Positions 1-5,791 of a stretch of DNA of 24,436 nt are shown piece after piece (position 1 is the first letter of the stretch; every line of letters begins with the position of its first letter). Under the pieces are notes generated by a model. The model was not told where the DNA came from, ran no database searches, and saw only the letters and a list, made by a program, of their open reading frames with translations. Origin of the DNA: a virus (Duplodnaviria > Caudoviricetes); the IMG/VR virus record IMGVR_UViG_3300012663_000709, positions 1 through 24,436 of that record; one strand, 5' to 3'. Both the position numbers and the translations under genes were made by a program.

Positions 1-82
1 TCACACCAACGTAGGTATCACCAGTGTCCATGAGGGTCAGACCATACAGCACATGGTTACGGTCAGAGCGGAGTTTTCTCAT
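1..82 (-). CDS. GIY-YIG nuclease, N-terminal part (runs off window)
   Basis: ATG at 82 overlaps the TGA of the upstream gene (ATGA). Reads MRKLRSDRNHVLYGLTLMDTGDTYVGV..., with VLY-x10-YVG matching the GIY-YIG motif pair. Not in ORF track. Confidence 0.6.
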   Translation of the reverse strand, partial: MRKLRSDRNHVLYGLTLMDTGDTYVGV

Positions 83-327
83 TCATCACCACCAAAATAA
101 CCATAGTCCTCATCCGTACCATAACCAGCAGAGGCCAGTGCGGACTCAGCATCTCCGTCCATGGATTCGTCATATGTTTCAAACACACGATTCTCTTCCA
201 ATAGAGTATTAACGAAAATCTCCACTGCTTCAAATGGCAGACCAGCCCTATAAGCGGACTCATACAGGTCCTCAATGGTGCTGCCAGCCTCATACATAGA
301 CATTAACTTATCGACCAACTTGCTCAT
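79..327 (-). CDS. Small acidic hypothetical protein (82 aa, starts MSKLVDK)
   Basis: Start moved from TTG 339 to ATG 327, which overlaps the stop of the 324-419 ORF (ATGA coupling). Acidic C-terminus DGDAESALASAGYGTDEDYG. Confidence 0.75.
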   Translation of the reverse strand: MSKLVDKLMSMYEAGSTIEDLYESAYRAGLPFEAVEIFVNTLLEENRVFETYDESMDGDAESALASAGYGTDEDYGYFGGDE

Positions 328-419
328 ACTGCTCTCCAAAAAAATACATCCATAATAACAACTGACATAGCGATACAGAATATCACTGCGATAATAACAA
401 TTTCTTTATTTGAGGTCAT
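324..419 (-). CDS. 31-aa single-TM membrane peptide
   Basis: MTSNKEIVIIAVIFCIAMSVVIMDVFFWRAV; ATGA overlaps on both sides. Not in ORF track. Confidence 0.65.
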   Translation of the reverse strand: MTSNKEIVIIAVIFCIAMSVVIMDVFFWRAV

Positions 420-568
420 GCGTTTTTCAATATCCAAGCTAGTGCATCACGCTTAAGGTCAAATGCATCATAAACAAAACCATCATTAACATCAACGACA
501 TGCCAAACTGGTACAAGGCGACCTCTGGGTGTCTCAGTAAAAGACTTGACAACCTTAAAGATTATCAT
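416..568 (-). CDS. 50-aa hypothetical protein
   Basis: MIIFKVVKSFTETPRGRLVPVWHVVDVNDGFVYDAFDLKRDALAWILKNA; ATGA overlaps on both sides. Not in ORF track. Confidence 0.7.
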   Translation of the reverse strand: MIIFKVVKSFTETPRGRLVPVWHVVDVNDGFVYDAFDLKRDALAWILKNA

Positions 569-795
569 GCTGTTTCCTTATAAGTGAACAGGATAAACTT
601 CGCAACATTCAACTGCTTACGAATTCTCTCAGCTGAACGCTCTGGATCCATGACCAACAGCTCTTGACAATCAGAAAGAATGCCAGCCACTAACATGTCC
701 ATACCACATGTGCGCGCTGTCAGTGATTCCATATATTCAGTCCGTATGGCTTCTTCAGACATTCCATAAACCGCAAATTCTCTATCCGTTGTCAT
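565..795 (-). CDS. Hypothetical early protein (76 aa)
   Basis: SD AAAGGA upstream; first gene after the promoter at 826-853. Confidence 0.75.
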   Translation of the reverse strand: MTTDREFAVYGMSEEAIRTEYMESLTARTCGMDMLVAGILSDCQELLVMDPERSAERIRKQLNVAKFILFTYKETA

Positions 796-803
796 CTTTA
801 GTC

Positions 804-892
804 CTTTATCAACTCAACAGAAACCATTATACAGGTCCAGGTAAGAATGGCAACCTAGTACTAAAGTTCTCAGTTTCTCCGGTCAAGTATTA
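804..892 (-). repeat. Early-promoter cassette repeat, copy A
   Basis: Ungapped 89-bp direct repeat with 2408-2496 (76/89 identical by hand count; 863-892 identical to 2467-2496). Confidence 0.9.
826..853 (-). promoter_or_regulatory. sigma70-type early promoter TTGCCA-N16-TATAAT
   Basis: Read directly on the minus strand; intergenic, upstream of SD and ATG 795. Confidence 0.75.
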
Positions 893-1056
893 CGATCTTT
901 CTGGAGATAGATTTTAGACCCAATGACCTTACGGCCATCTAACAGTATATCACATATATCACTCTGCGACATTTTATTAACTGCGATCTTATTCAACAAC
1001 TGATTAACCATCAGAGACCACAGAATATCACTGCGGTTGTAGTTAGTATTATTCAT
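883..1056 (-). CDS. 57-aa hypothetical protein
   Basis: MNNTNYNRSDILWSLMVNQLLNKIAVNKMSQSDICDILLDGRKVIGSKIYLQKDRNT; SD AAGGA upstream. Not in ORF track. Confidence 0.5.
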   Translation of the reverse strand: MNNTNYNRSDILWSLMVNQLLNKIAVNKMSQSDICDILLDGRKVIGSKIYLQKDRNT

Positions 1057-1114
1057 TTCTTTATATCCTTCTATTCATCATCATTTTATCACATCCTGGT
1101 ATAGTGCGTTTGCA

Positions 1115-1151
1115 ACCACTCACTTACATTCGTTACACCACTCACTTACAT
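1115..1151. repeat. Tandem 15-bp direct repeat ACCACTCACTTACAT, 22-bp period (putative operator)
   Basis: Copies at 1115-1129 and 1137-1151; flanked by 8-bp inverted repeat CCTGGTAT (1095-1102) / ATACCAGG (1150-1157). Confidence 0.75.
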
Positions 1152-1179
1152 ACCAGGTCTCTATATAATCTCTACTGGA

Positions 1180-1536
1180 TTATGTCGTTAATTGGTAAGG
1201 TTTATTCCACTTACCAACATTGATATGGTAGTAATAAGCCGTATCAAAGTAATCTATTTGTGCATTGGTATTGTCATAGTAATTAGCAACAAGCAGCGAT
1301 TCTTTAATTTCCTTCAGTGCTTTCATTGCAATAGGACGGTCTTTATAGTGGTCATCTATCCAATAATGGTTTACTTGAATGTTATCACCACCAAAGTTAA
1401 TTGGACCTGATTTTATATTCACTGAAATACTAGAATGGTTATGTACACTCAGGGTTGCTTTTAGACCATACTTCTTTAATACTGGTTTCAAAGCCTTGGC
1501 GATTTGTGCCTTCTTTTCTTGGTTCATATAAGCCAT
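1180..1536 (-). CDS. Conserved phage early protein (possibly LPD29-like)
   Basis: 118-aa ORF coupled to the upstream gene (TAATG). The C-terminal QIDYFDTAYY motif resembles the TDYF motif of LPD29-like proteins (from recall). Confidence 0.7.
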   Translation of the reverse strand: MAYMNQEKKAQIAKALKPVLKKYGLKATLSVHNHSSISVNIKSGPINFGGDNIQVNHYWIDDHYKDRPIAMKALKEIKESLLVANYYDNTNAQIDYFDTAYYYHINVGKWNKPYQLTT

Positions 1537-1808
1537 TAATTACTCCAATATGATTCTGATCGGGGTGAGCAATGATATGGTGTATCATAACGCTCCTGGA
1601 ATTCTTTTCCACTCATTGCATTCCTAGTGGTTACATAGGTTGAAAAGACTTCGACAATAAAGCCGAGTTTGCGTTTAGATTCGGCAACGGCCTTAATATA
1701 GGCATCGGTGCTAGGTGCAAAGTCTTGTTTGGCATACAACCGGCGACCTTCTTTCGTTCTACGGTCAACCTTGTAAATTTCAAGAGTATATTCTTTCATG
1801 TCAGACAT
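1536..1808 (-). CDS. Hypothetical early protein (90 aa, starts MSDMKEY)
   Basis: Start moved from 1910 to 1808: SD AAAGGA precedes 1808 and a promoter lies in the apparent 5' extension. C-terminus ERYDTPYHCSPRSESYWS. Confidence 0.8.
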   Translation of the reverse strand: MSDMKEYTLEIYKVDRRTKEGRRLYAKQDFAPSTDAYIKAVAESKRKLGFIVEVFSTYVTTRNAMSGKEFQERYDTPYHCSPRSESYWSN

Positions 1809-1838
1809 TCTGTATCCTTTATCAGTTTCTATGGTACC

Positions 1839-1867
1839 ATTGTAACACGGTCCGGCAATCTTGGCAA
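1839..1867 (-). promoter_or_regulatory. sigma70-type early promoter TTGCCA-N17-TACAAT
   Basis: Direct reading; imperfect palindrome GTTGCATAAAAACAAC just upstream (about 1884-1899). Confidence 0.75.
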
Positions 1868-1909
1868 GCAGTGACTTGGAACTGTTGTTTTTATGCAACT
1901 CTACTAACA

Positions 1910-2266
1910 TTAGGTTGATTCCAGTCCGTGGTCAAATGCCCATTGGTTCGGGTCTATTACAGCTTCTTCTACTGCCTCCAATACTTTTGCAGGAAATATA
2001 ATACGACCATCATACTTGAGCTGCGAGGCCTCAAACTCGGTCATATAGTCATCTGCGACCACCTCAAAGTCTACGATTGCCGAGGTGTAAAACTCATTGG
2101 CGCACTCAATTTGTGGTGCATAGGCCATGACCATAGCGGTCGCCTCGGCAGCAGAGCCATTAAAATTGGGAATGAAAAAGTCCGTAGACCCTTTCGGCTT
2201 CCAATACGGTTCTTCTGCCGAACCGTAGTTTTCATAGTTTTGGGTGAAAATATAAATCTTGCTCAT
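1910..2266 (-). CDS. Hypothetical phage protein (118 aa)
   Basis: ORF with motif TQNYENYG..YWKPKG; fits the minus-strand operon. Confidence 0.8.
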   Translation of the reverse strand: MSKIYIFTQNYENYGSAEEPYWKPKGSTDFFIPNFNGSAAEATAMVMAYAPQIECANEFYTSAIVDFEVVADDYMTEFEASQLKYDGRIIFPAKVLEAVEEAVIDPNQWAFDHGLEST

Positions 2267-2267
2267 A

Positions 2268-2405
2268 TCAAACTTTCCATTTCAAACATGTTACCGTGTC
2301 CTTGGTCCAAGTCCACTTTATACACACTGGTTTTGTCGCGGCTACACAGTTCATTGTATAACTAAAGACTACCAGCACCACAATCACTTTTTCTCTTAAT
2401 TTCAT
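2268..2405 (-). CDS. 45-aa putative secreted Cys/Trp (WTWT) peptide, early copy
   Basis: MKLREKVIVVLVVFSYTMNCVAATKPVCIKWTWTKDTVTCLKWKV. Signal-peptide-like N-terminus, first ORF after the promoter at 2430-2457, paralog of 15333-15473. Not in ORF track. Confidence 0.75.
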   Translation of the reverse strand: MKLREKVIVVLVVFSYTMNCVAATKPVCIKWTWTKDTVTCLKWKV

Positions 2406-2407
2406 AT

Positions 2408-2496
2408 CTTTATCAACTCAACAGAAACCATTGTACAGGTTTCGGTGAGAATGTCAAGCGTAGAAAAAAGTTCTCAGTTTCTCCGGTCAAGTATTA
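2408..2496 (-). repeat. Early-promoter cassette repeat, copy B
   Basis: Direct repeat of 804-892, offset 1604 bp. Confidence 0.9.
2430..2457 (-). promoter_or_regulatory. sigma70-type early promoter TTGACA-N16-TACAAT
   Basis: Consensus -35 and near-consensus -10 inside repeat copy B. Confidence 0.8.
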
Positions 2497-2497
2497 T

Positions 2498-2517
2498 GTT
2501 AGTGAGTGGTCACTTAC
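2498..2517. promoter_or_regulatory. Near-palindrome GTTAGTGA-GTGG-TCACTTAC (putative operator)
   Basis: 8-bp arms with one mismatch; shares the TCACTTAC / AGTGAGTGGT core with the 1115-1151 repeats. Confidence 0.5.
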
Positions 2518-2675
2518 GACTCAAGGTTGGCATTAACTTTTTCAAGTTCCAATATCACTAGAATAATGCCAGATAATATTGCTCTATCTAGATTACCAAA
2601 GTACCAACTAATGGCGATTGATAGCCAGAGTATAATCGTGAAAAACTCACGCAATAATTTGATTGCTTTTTCCAT
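2514..2675 (-). CDS. 53-aa two-TM membrane protein
   Basis: MEKAIKLLREFFTIILWLSIAISWYFGNLDRAILSGIILVILELEKVNANLES; TAATG coupling. Not in ORF track. Confidence 0.7.
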   Translation of the reverse strand: MEKAIKLLREFFTIILWLSIAISWYFGNLDRAILSGIILVILELEKVNANLES

Positions 2676-2851
2676 TATGCTAGTTCCTCTGCCTCATCAA
2701 TTAACATATAAACCATTCGCTTATATGCTTCCTGTTCAATGGCCGATAGACCAGTATCGGCGTCCATTCTCTCAATACAATCTTGAAAATCAACGGCATT
2801 AACCCTCATGCCATATTGAGAAACTATAAAATTAACTTCACTTCGTGTCAT
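2675..2851 (-). CDS. 58-aa hypothetical protein
   Basis: MTRSEVNFIVSQYGMRVNAVDFQDCIERMDADTGLSAIEQEAYKRMVYMLIDEAEELA; SD GGAG upstream. Not in ORF track. Confidence 0.7.
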   Translation of the reverse strand: MTRSEVNFIVSQYGMRVNAVDFQDCIERMDADTGLSAIEQEAYKRMVYMLIDEAEELA

Positions 2852-3122
2852 AACTTACTCCATAGATATTAGACCAGCATTTCAACTTGCTGATTTTACG
2901 CTTTTTGGCTTGATCGACCAATGATTGCTGTATAATGCCATTATCAATCATTAATTCAAACATGCACATCAAATCACCAATTTCTTCTTCTAAATGGTCA
3001 CGATTGCTCTTGCCATTATGAATACCATCGATACCGAAACGATTAACTTTAGATATTGCCTGTATGACCTCGGCACATTCTTCCTGTGCAATTAATATAA
3101 TTTCGGTTTCTTTATCATTCAT
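2838..3122 (-). CDS. MazG-like nucleoside triphosphate pyrophosphohydrolase
   Basis: EECAEVIQAISK ... LEEEIGDL (EExxE / EExxD metal-binding motifs). Start probably ATG 3122 (MNDKE); the track extends to 3149. Confidence 0.8.
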   Translation of the reverse strand: MNDKETEIILIAQEECAEVIQAISKVNRFGIDGIHNGKSNRDHLEEEIGDLMCMFELMIDNGIIQQSLVDQAKKRKISKLKCWSNIYGVSYDTK

Positions 3123-3181
3123 ATTATCTATCAAATTCAATAGACACATCTATCAAACTGTTAATTTTTCACTATACCTAC

Positions 3182-3248
3182 AGTATAACGGAACCAGTGG
3201 GTTTGGCAAGCTGTACACTTAAGTACTCACAATCTCCGGTCAAGTATT
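3182..3248 (-). promoter_or_regulatory. sigma70-type early promoter TTGCCA-N16-TATACT plus conserved upstream motif
   Basis: -10 at 3182-3187, -35 at 3204-3209; 16-bp TCTCCGGTCAAGTATT (3233-3248) identical to 876-891 and 2480-2495. Confidence 0.75.
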
Positions 3249-3249
3249 G

Positions 3250-3564
3250 TCACCATTTACTACCTCGGGACCAGGTATCATCATAGTCATCCAGATAATC
3301 TTTCACATCTGGTATTTCAATGTAAAAGTCTTCAGAGGTCAATGGATTAAAATCTACACCTTGCTGGCGTAGTCTGGATTCACGGGCAATTCGTGCGTTT
3401 CGTGCGGCCGCCTCTGGTGTATCATTATATTGGTTTAGTTTAGTTGCAAGGTGTCGCTTGTGCTCATCAGAATGAACACGGACATTGCCACATGAGGCTG
3501 AACAAAACTGGCCACGCTTCGTATGTTTATTCGAACAGCGTGGACAAATCTTTTCAGTGGGCAT
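3250..3564 (-). CDS. Zinc-finger protein (CxxC...CxxxC)
   Basis: CPRC..KRGQFCSASC N-terminus; 104 aa. Confidence 0.7.
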   Translation of the reverse strand: MPTEKICPRCSNKHTKRGQFCSASCGNVRVHSDEHKRHLATKLNQYNDTPEAAARNARIARESRLRQQGVDFNPLTSEDFYIEIPDVKDYLDDYDDTWSRGSKW

Positions 3565-4094
3565 TAATCATGCACTTCATCAGGATCATATCTTTCATGG
3601 CCAGTTTCTTTGGCGTGGGTTTCACACAGTGTTTCGTGCCAGCCATCGGTGTATGTCTCACCTGGGGCACCACACACCTCACAGGTTACAGCACTCATAT
3701 ATTCAGCAAAGTGAATATAATTCCTCTGTTTATCAGTATAACCACTTGCATAGAACCTTAGGCTGCCATACTTTTCTTTAACTTGGTCAACAGTCGGCAC
3801 ACATTCAGCAGCAAGATCCATCTTGGCCTTGGCAGCATCAACATCAGCTTGCGTGAATGGTTCTGATTTCCATCCCTTTTCACCCTTTTCAAACATCTCA
3901 AGGTTGAATTCATATGTGCGTTTGGCTGATCTGTAGTCCTCGGTGAGTAACAGACACAGCGTGTTAATCAAATTGTACCAGCCATCACGACAATCAAATC
4001 CCCAGCACATGGCCGTGGTTCTCATATCACCATGTCTATTTCTGAACAACAGCGGATAATCTGCACATAGTTTTTCGTCTAGTTCTGTTTTCAT
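3564..4094 (-). CDS. Conserved phage protein with C-terminal zinc finger
   Basis: Motifs DGWYNLI, QVKEKYGSLRFY, TCEVCG..GW..TLC..H; start at 4094 by ATGA overlap. Confidence 0.8.
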   Translation of the reverse strand: MKTELDEKLCADYPLLFRNRHGDMRTTAMCWGFDCRDGWYNLINTLCLLLTEDYRSAKRTYEFNLEMFEKGEKGWKSEPFTQADVDAAKAKMDLAAECVPTVDQVKEKYGSLRFYASGYTDKQRNYIHFAEYMSAVTCEVCGAPGETYTDGWHETLCETHAKETGHERYDPDEVHD

Positions 4095-4378
4095 TTCTTC
4101 TCCCATCTTATATTCATCAATTTATACAACACCTTGCGGTACAATGGTGGTTCTTCTGCCAGTTTAAACACGGCTGATTCAAAATCAATAACCAAGCGCG
4201 ATGCACCCACTGTGGCTGTTGTCCATGATGTATTAGTATTAATGACATTAATGAAATTAAACAAGCCTGATGTTGCAGTTGTATATTGAGGTTTGATACA
4301 ATCGGTGTAGTCCAAATCAAGTGGTATCTGTTCGGTCAAAGGCCAAAAGAATTCAATATCTAGTTGTTTATTCATCAT
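4091..4378 (-). CDS. Hypothetical protein (starts MMNKQLD)
   Basis: Start trimmed to minimise overlap with the upstream gene. Confidence 0.65.
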   Translation of the reverse strand: MMNKQLDIEFFWPLTEQIPLDLDYTDCIKPQYTTATSGLFNFINVINTNTSWTTATVGASRLVIDFESAVFKLAEEPPLYRKVLYKLMNIRWEKK

Positions 4379-4613
4379 GTAATTTTGGTTGTTCAAACTT
4401 CTTCTCCTGAATTGTTTTCTCACCGAAAGATTTGCGTGGGTTCATACACATCACACAATTTGGATTGCCGCAATTCATGGCATGAGTTTTGGCAAACTTG
4501 TGTGGTTTTTCAACATTGGTACCATACTGTTTCGCAATTTTAGTCTGTTTCTTAACAACATTCTCATCCCGTTGCAGGCGCTTAGAATGTTTAATTTTTG
4601 ATAACTCGTCCAT
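4368..4613 (-). CDS. Basic protein with Cys cluster (CGNPNCVMC), putative Zn-binding
   Basis: SD AAGGAG before ATG 4613; the track's extension overlaps a promoter and a terminator. Confidence 0.8.
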   Translation of the reverse strand: MDELSKIKHSKRLQRDENVVKKQTKIAKQYGTNVEKPHKFAKTHAMNCGNPNCVMCMNPRKSFGEKTIQEKKFEQPKLHDE

Positions 4614-4632
4614 ATGCACTCCTTGTTTATCA

Positions 4633-4660
4633 ATTATACATCGGCCAACCAATAAAGCAA
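4633..4660 (-). promoter_or_regulatory. sigma70-type promoter TTGCTT-N16-TATAAT
   Basis: Lies between the terminator and the SD of the 4613 gene. Confidence 0.65.
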
Positions 4661-4682
4661 TGGTACCAGAGTATGATTGCCG

Positions 4683-4712
4683 AAACGAAAAACCCACCTC
4701 AATGGGTGGGTT
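4683..4712 (-). terminator. Rho-independent terminator
   Basis: Stem AACCCACC/GGTGGGTT (4691-4698, 4705-4712) followed on the minus strand by a T-rich tail, at the stop of 4711-4947. Confidence 0.85.
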
Positions 4713-4947
4713 AGTCTAAGTTTACTACGAAATTGATGAATTGTACCGCCTCGTCCTCTACACTAAAGAATCTAACATAAGACCTGTGGGTTATTGTACA
4801 TGATATAAAAACCATGATTGTTTCAGTATTATGTATGGAGAATTTGATTCTCCAGTTGTTTCTCATTACTGAATGCCACGATTTGGTTTTTAATGCCGCA
4901 TCACGAAACAGACTAGTAAACTCTTTATTGGATGTTTTTTTATGCAT
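4711..4947 (-). CDS. Hypothetical protein (78 aa)
   Basis: ORF followed by a terminator; SD GAGGT lies inside an upstream hairpin. Confidence 0.7.
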   Translation of the reverse strand: MHKKTSNKEFTSLFRDAALKTKSWHSVMRNNWRIKFSIHNTETIMVFISCTITHRSYVRFFSVEDEAVQFINFVVNLD

Positions 4948-4950
4948 GGT

Positions 4951-4994
4951 ACCTCAACTATTATGGTATATGTATAACCACAAATAATTGAGGT
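4951..4994 (-). promoter_or_regulatory. RBS-sequestering hairpin with late-promoter-like TATACATA in the loop
   Basis: ACCUCAAUUAUU pairs with AAUAGUUGAGGU (12 bp, one G-U), plus inner UGGU/ACCA; TATACATA at 4969-4976. Confidence 0.55.
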
Positions 4995-5004
4995 TTGCAT
5001 TACA

Positions 5005-5094
5005 TCAAGAACCTCTGTGTCGGTTTATATGTCGAGCCGCCATGCCTTTTCTAGCTTCAGCAAGTGCTTCTAATATTTTCCACAAGAATTTCAT
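5005..5094 (-). CDS. 29-aa basic amphipathic peptide
   Basis: MKFLWKILEALAEARKGMAARHINRHRGS; ATGA-coupled to 5091-5306. Not in ORF track. Confidence 0.6.
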   Translation of the reverse strand: MKFLWKILEALAEARKGMAARHINRHRGS

Positions 5095-5306
5095 TTTACC
5101 AAACCTTTTTTGTATAGGTTGGTAGCTTCTTCACTGACATATGCAGTAACTTCTTCATTAGATTTTACGATTTGTTTTGTGAATGCTGTTTGTGCATCAA
5201 CGAATGCCAACATTGGTTTACGAACCTTTTCATCGGTAATAAAAGTATTAACGAAATATTTTTTTGAACCTTGAATGGTATCGATGAATGTATTGTATGC
5301 GAACAT
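5091..5306 (-). CDS. Amphipathic helical protein, possibly phasin-like (PHA granule-associated)
   Basis: Strong SD AAGGAGA; helical amphipathic pattern (MLAFVDAQTAFTKQIVK); upstream TGC-N4-GCA box. The gene is solid, the function is inferred. Confidence 0.5.
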   Translation of the reverse strand: MFAYNTFIDTIQGSKKYFVNTFITDEKVRKPMLAFVDAQTAFTKQIVKSNEEVTAYVSEEATNLYKKGLVK

Positions 5307-5360
5307 GAGTATCTCCTTAGACGATTAAATTAATGAGGCCTATTTTAAGCACCCCATTAA

Positions 5361-5381
5361 TATATATGTGCGACCGCAACA
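5361..5381 (-). promoter_or_regulatory. TGC-N4-GCA (PhaR-box-like) palindrome abutting late-promoter-like CATATATA
   Basis: TGTGCGACCGCAACA at 5367-5381; CATATATA (minus) at 5361-5368; 5' UTR hairpin at 5329-5361. Confidence 0.45.
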
Positions 5382-5422
5382 AAAACTAAGTATAAGTACT
5401 AGTGTGCAGGGTCTAATGATGA

Positions 5423-5430
5423 TATAAATA
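5423..5430 (+). promoter_or_regulatory. T4-type late promoter TATAAATA
   Basis: Exact gp55 consensus, 58 bp upstream of the plus-strand GIY-YIG gene. Confidence 0.8.
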
Positions 5431-5433
5431 GTT

Positions 5434-5488
5434 GTGGATCACGGGACGGCAATCCCCACCCACTCTAACATTGTAAAGGAATGTCAGC
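5434..5488 (+). promoter_or_regulatory. Structured 5' leader (two hairpins, the second covering the SD)
   Basis: GTGG..GGGA-CGGCAA-TCCC..CCAC and CTAACATT-GTAAAGG-AATGTCAG; SD AAGGA at the loop/stem junction. Confidence 0.6.
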
Positions 5489-5791
5489 ATGAGTATTTAT
5501 AACTCACAAAAAGGTATACCATACGTATACAAATGTACCGAAAAAACAACAGGTAGGTTCTACATCGGATACAGGTACAAATATTATGATAAACCAGAAG
5601 ATGACTTAGGTAAAAAGTATTTCACATCAAATGAATATGTGAAGGAAAACTTTAGTCGATTTGATTATGAAATTGTGGCCACATTCGATAATAAAAAAGA
5701 TGCTTTAAAATTTGAAGGTCAATTGATGAGAGAAACACAATCGGACCTTCAAATAAACTACGACCGAATAAGAAAACTCAAAAGAATTTAG
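5489..5791 (+). CDS. GIY-YIG (Seg-like) endonuclease, catalytic domain only
   Basis: PYVY-x10-YIGYR, YFTS, conserved Glu (ALKFE) and terminal IN. Only plus-strand gene; its stop overlaps the phoH stop. Confidence 0.8.
   Translation: MSIYNSQKGIPYVYKCTEKTTGRFYIGYRYKYYDKPEDDLGKKYFTSNEYVKENFSRFDYEIVATFDNKKDALKFEGQLMRETQSDLQINYDRIRKLKRI
5494..5501 (-). promoter_or_regulatory. T4-type late promoter TATAAATA, antisense, inside codons 2-5 of the GIY-YIG gene
   Basis: TATTTATA on the plus strand. Confidence 0.6.

Noticed and set aside
857-891. TTGACC within the upstream motif as the -35 of a tandem promoter
   Set aside because: No consistent -10 hexamer at 16-18 bp in the three copies.
375-1035. 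16-bp exact repeat ACAGAATATCACTGCG (375-390 and 1020-1035)
   Set aside because: Only two copies, both inside small ORFs in different reading frames, with no flanking similarity.
1809-1910. N-terminal extensions in the ORF track (also 4614-4697, 11444-11506, 12006-12062)
   Set aside because: They span promoters, terminators or neighbouring genes; downstream ATGs have proper SDs.
804-3248. Repeats read as a CRISPR array or att sites
   Set aside because: Spacing is 0.75-1.6 kb with whole genes between copies; no cas or integrase gene; the repeats coincide with promoters.
5431-5488. Leader as a tRNA or known self-cleaving ribozyme
   Set aside because: No cloverleaf or T-loop GTTC, and no hammerhead, twister or HDV core recognisable by eye; kept only as an unassigned structured leader.
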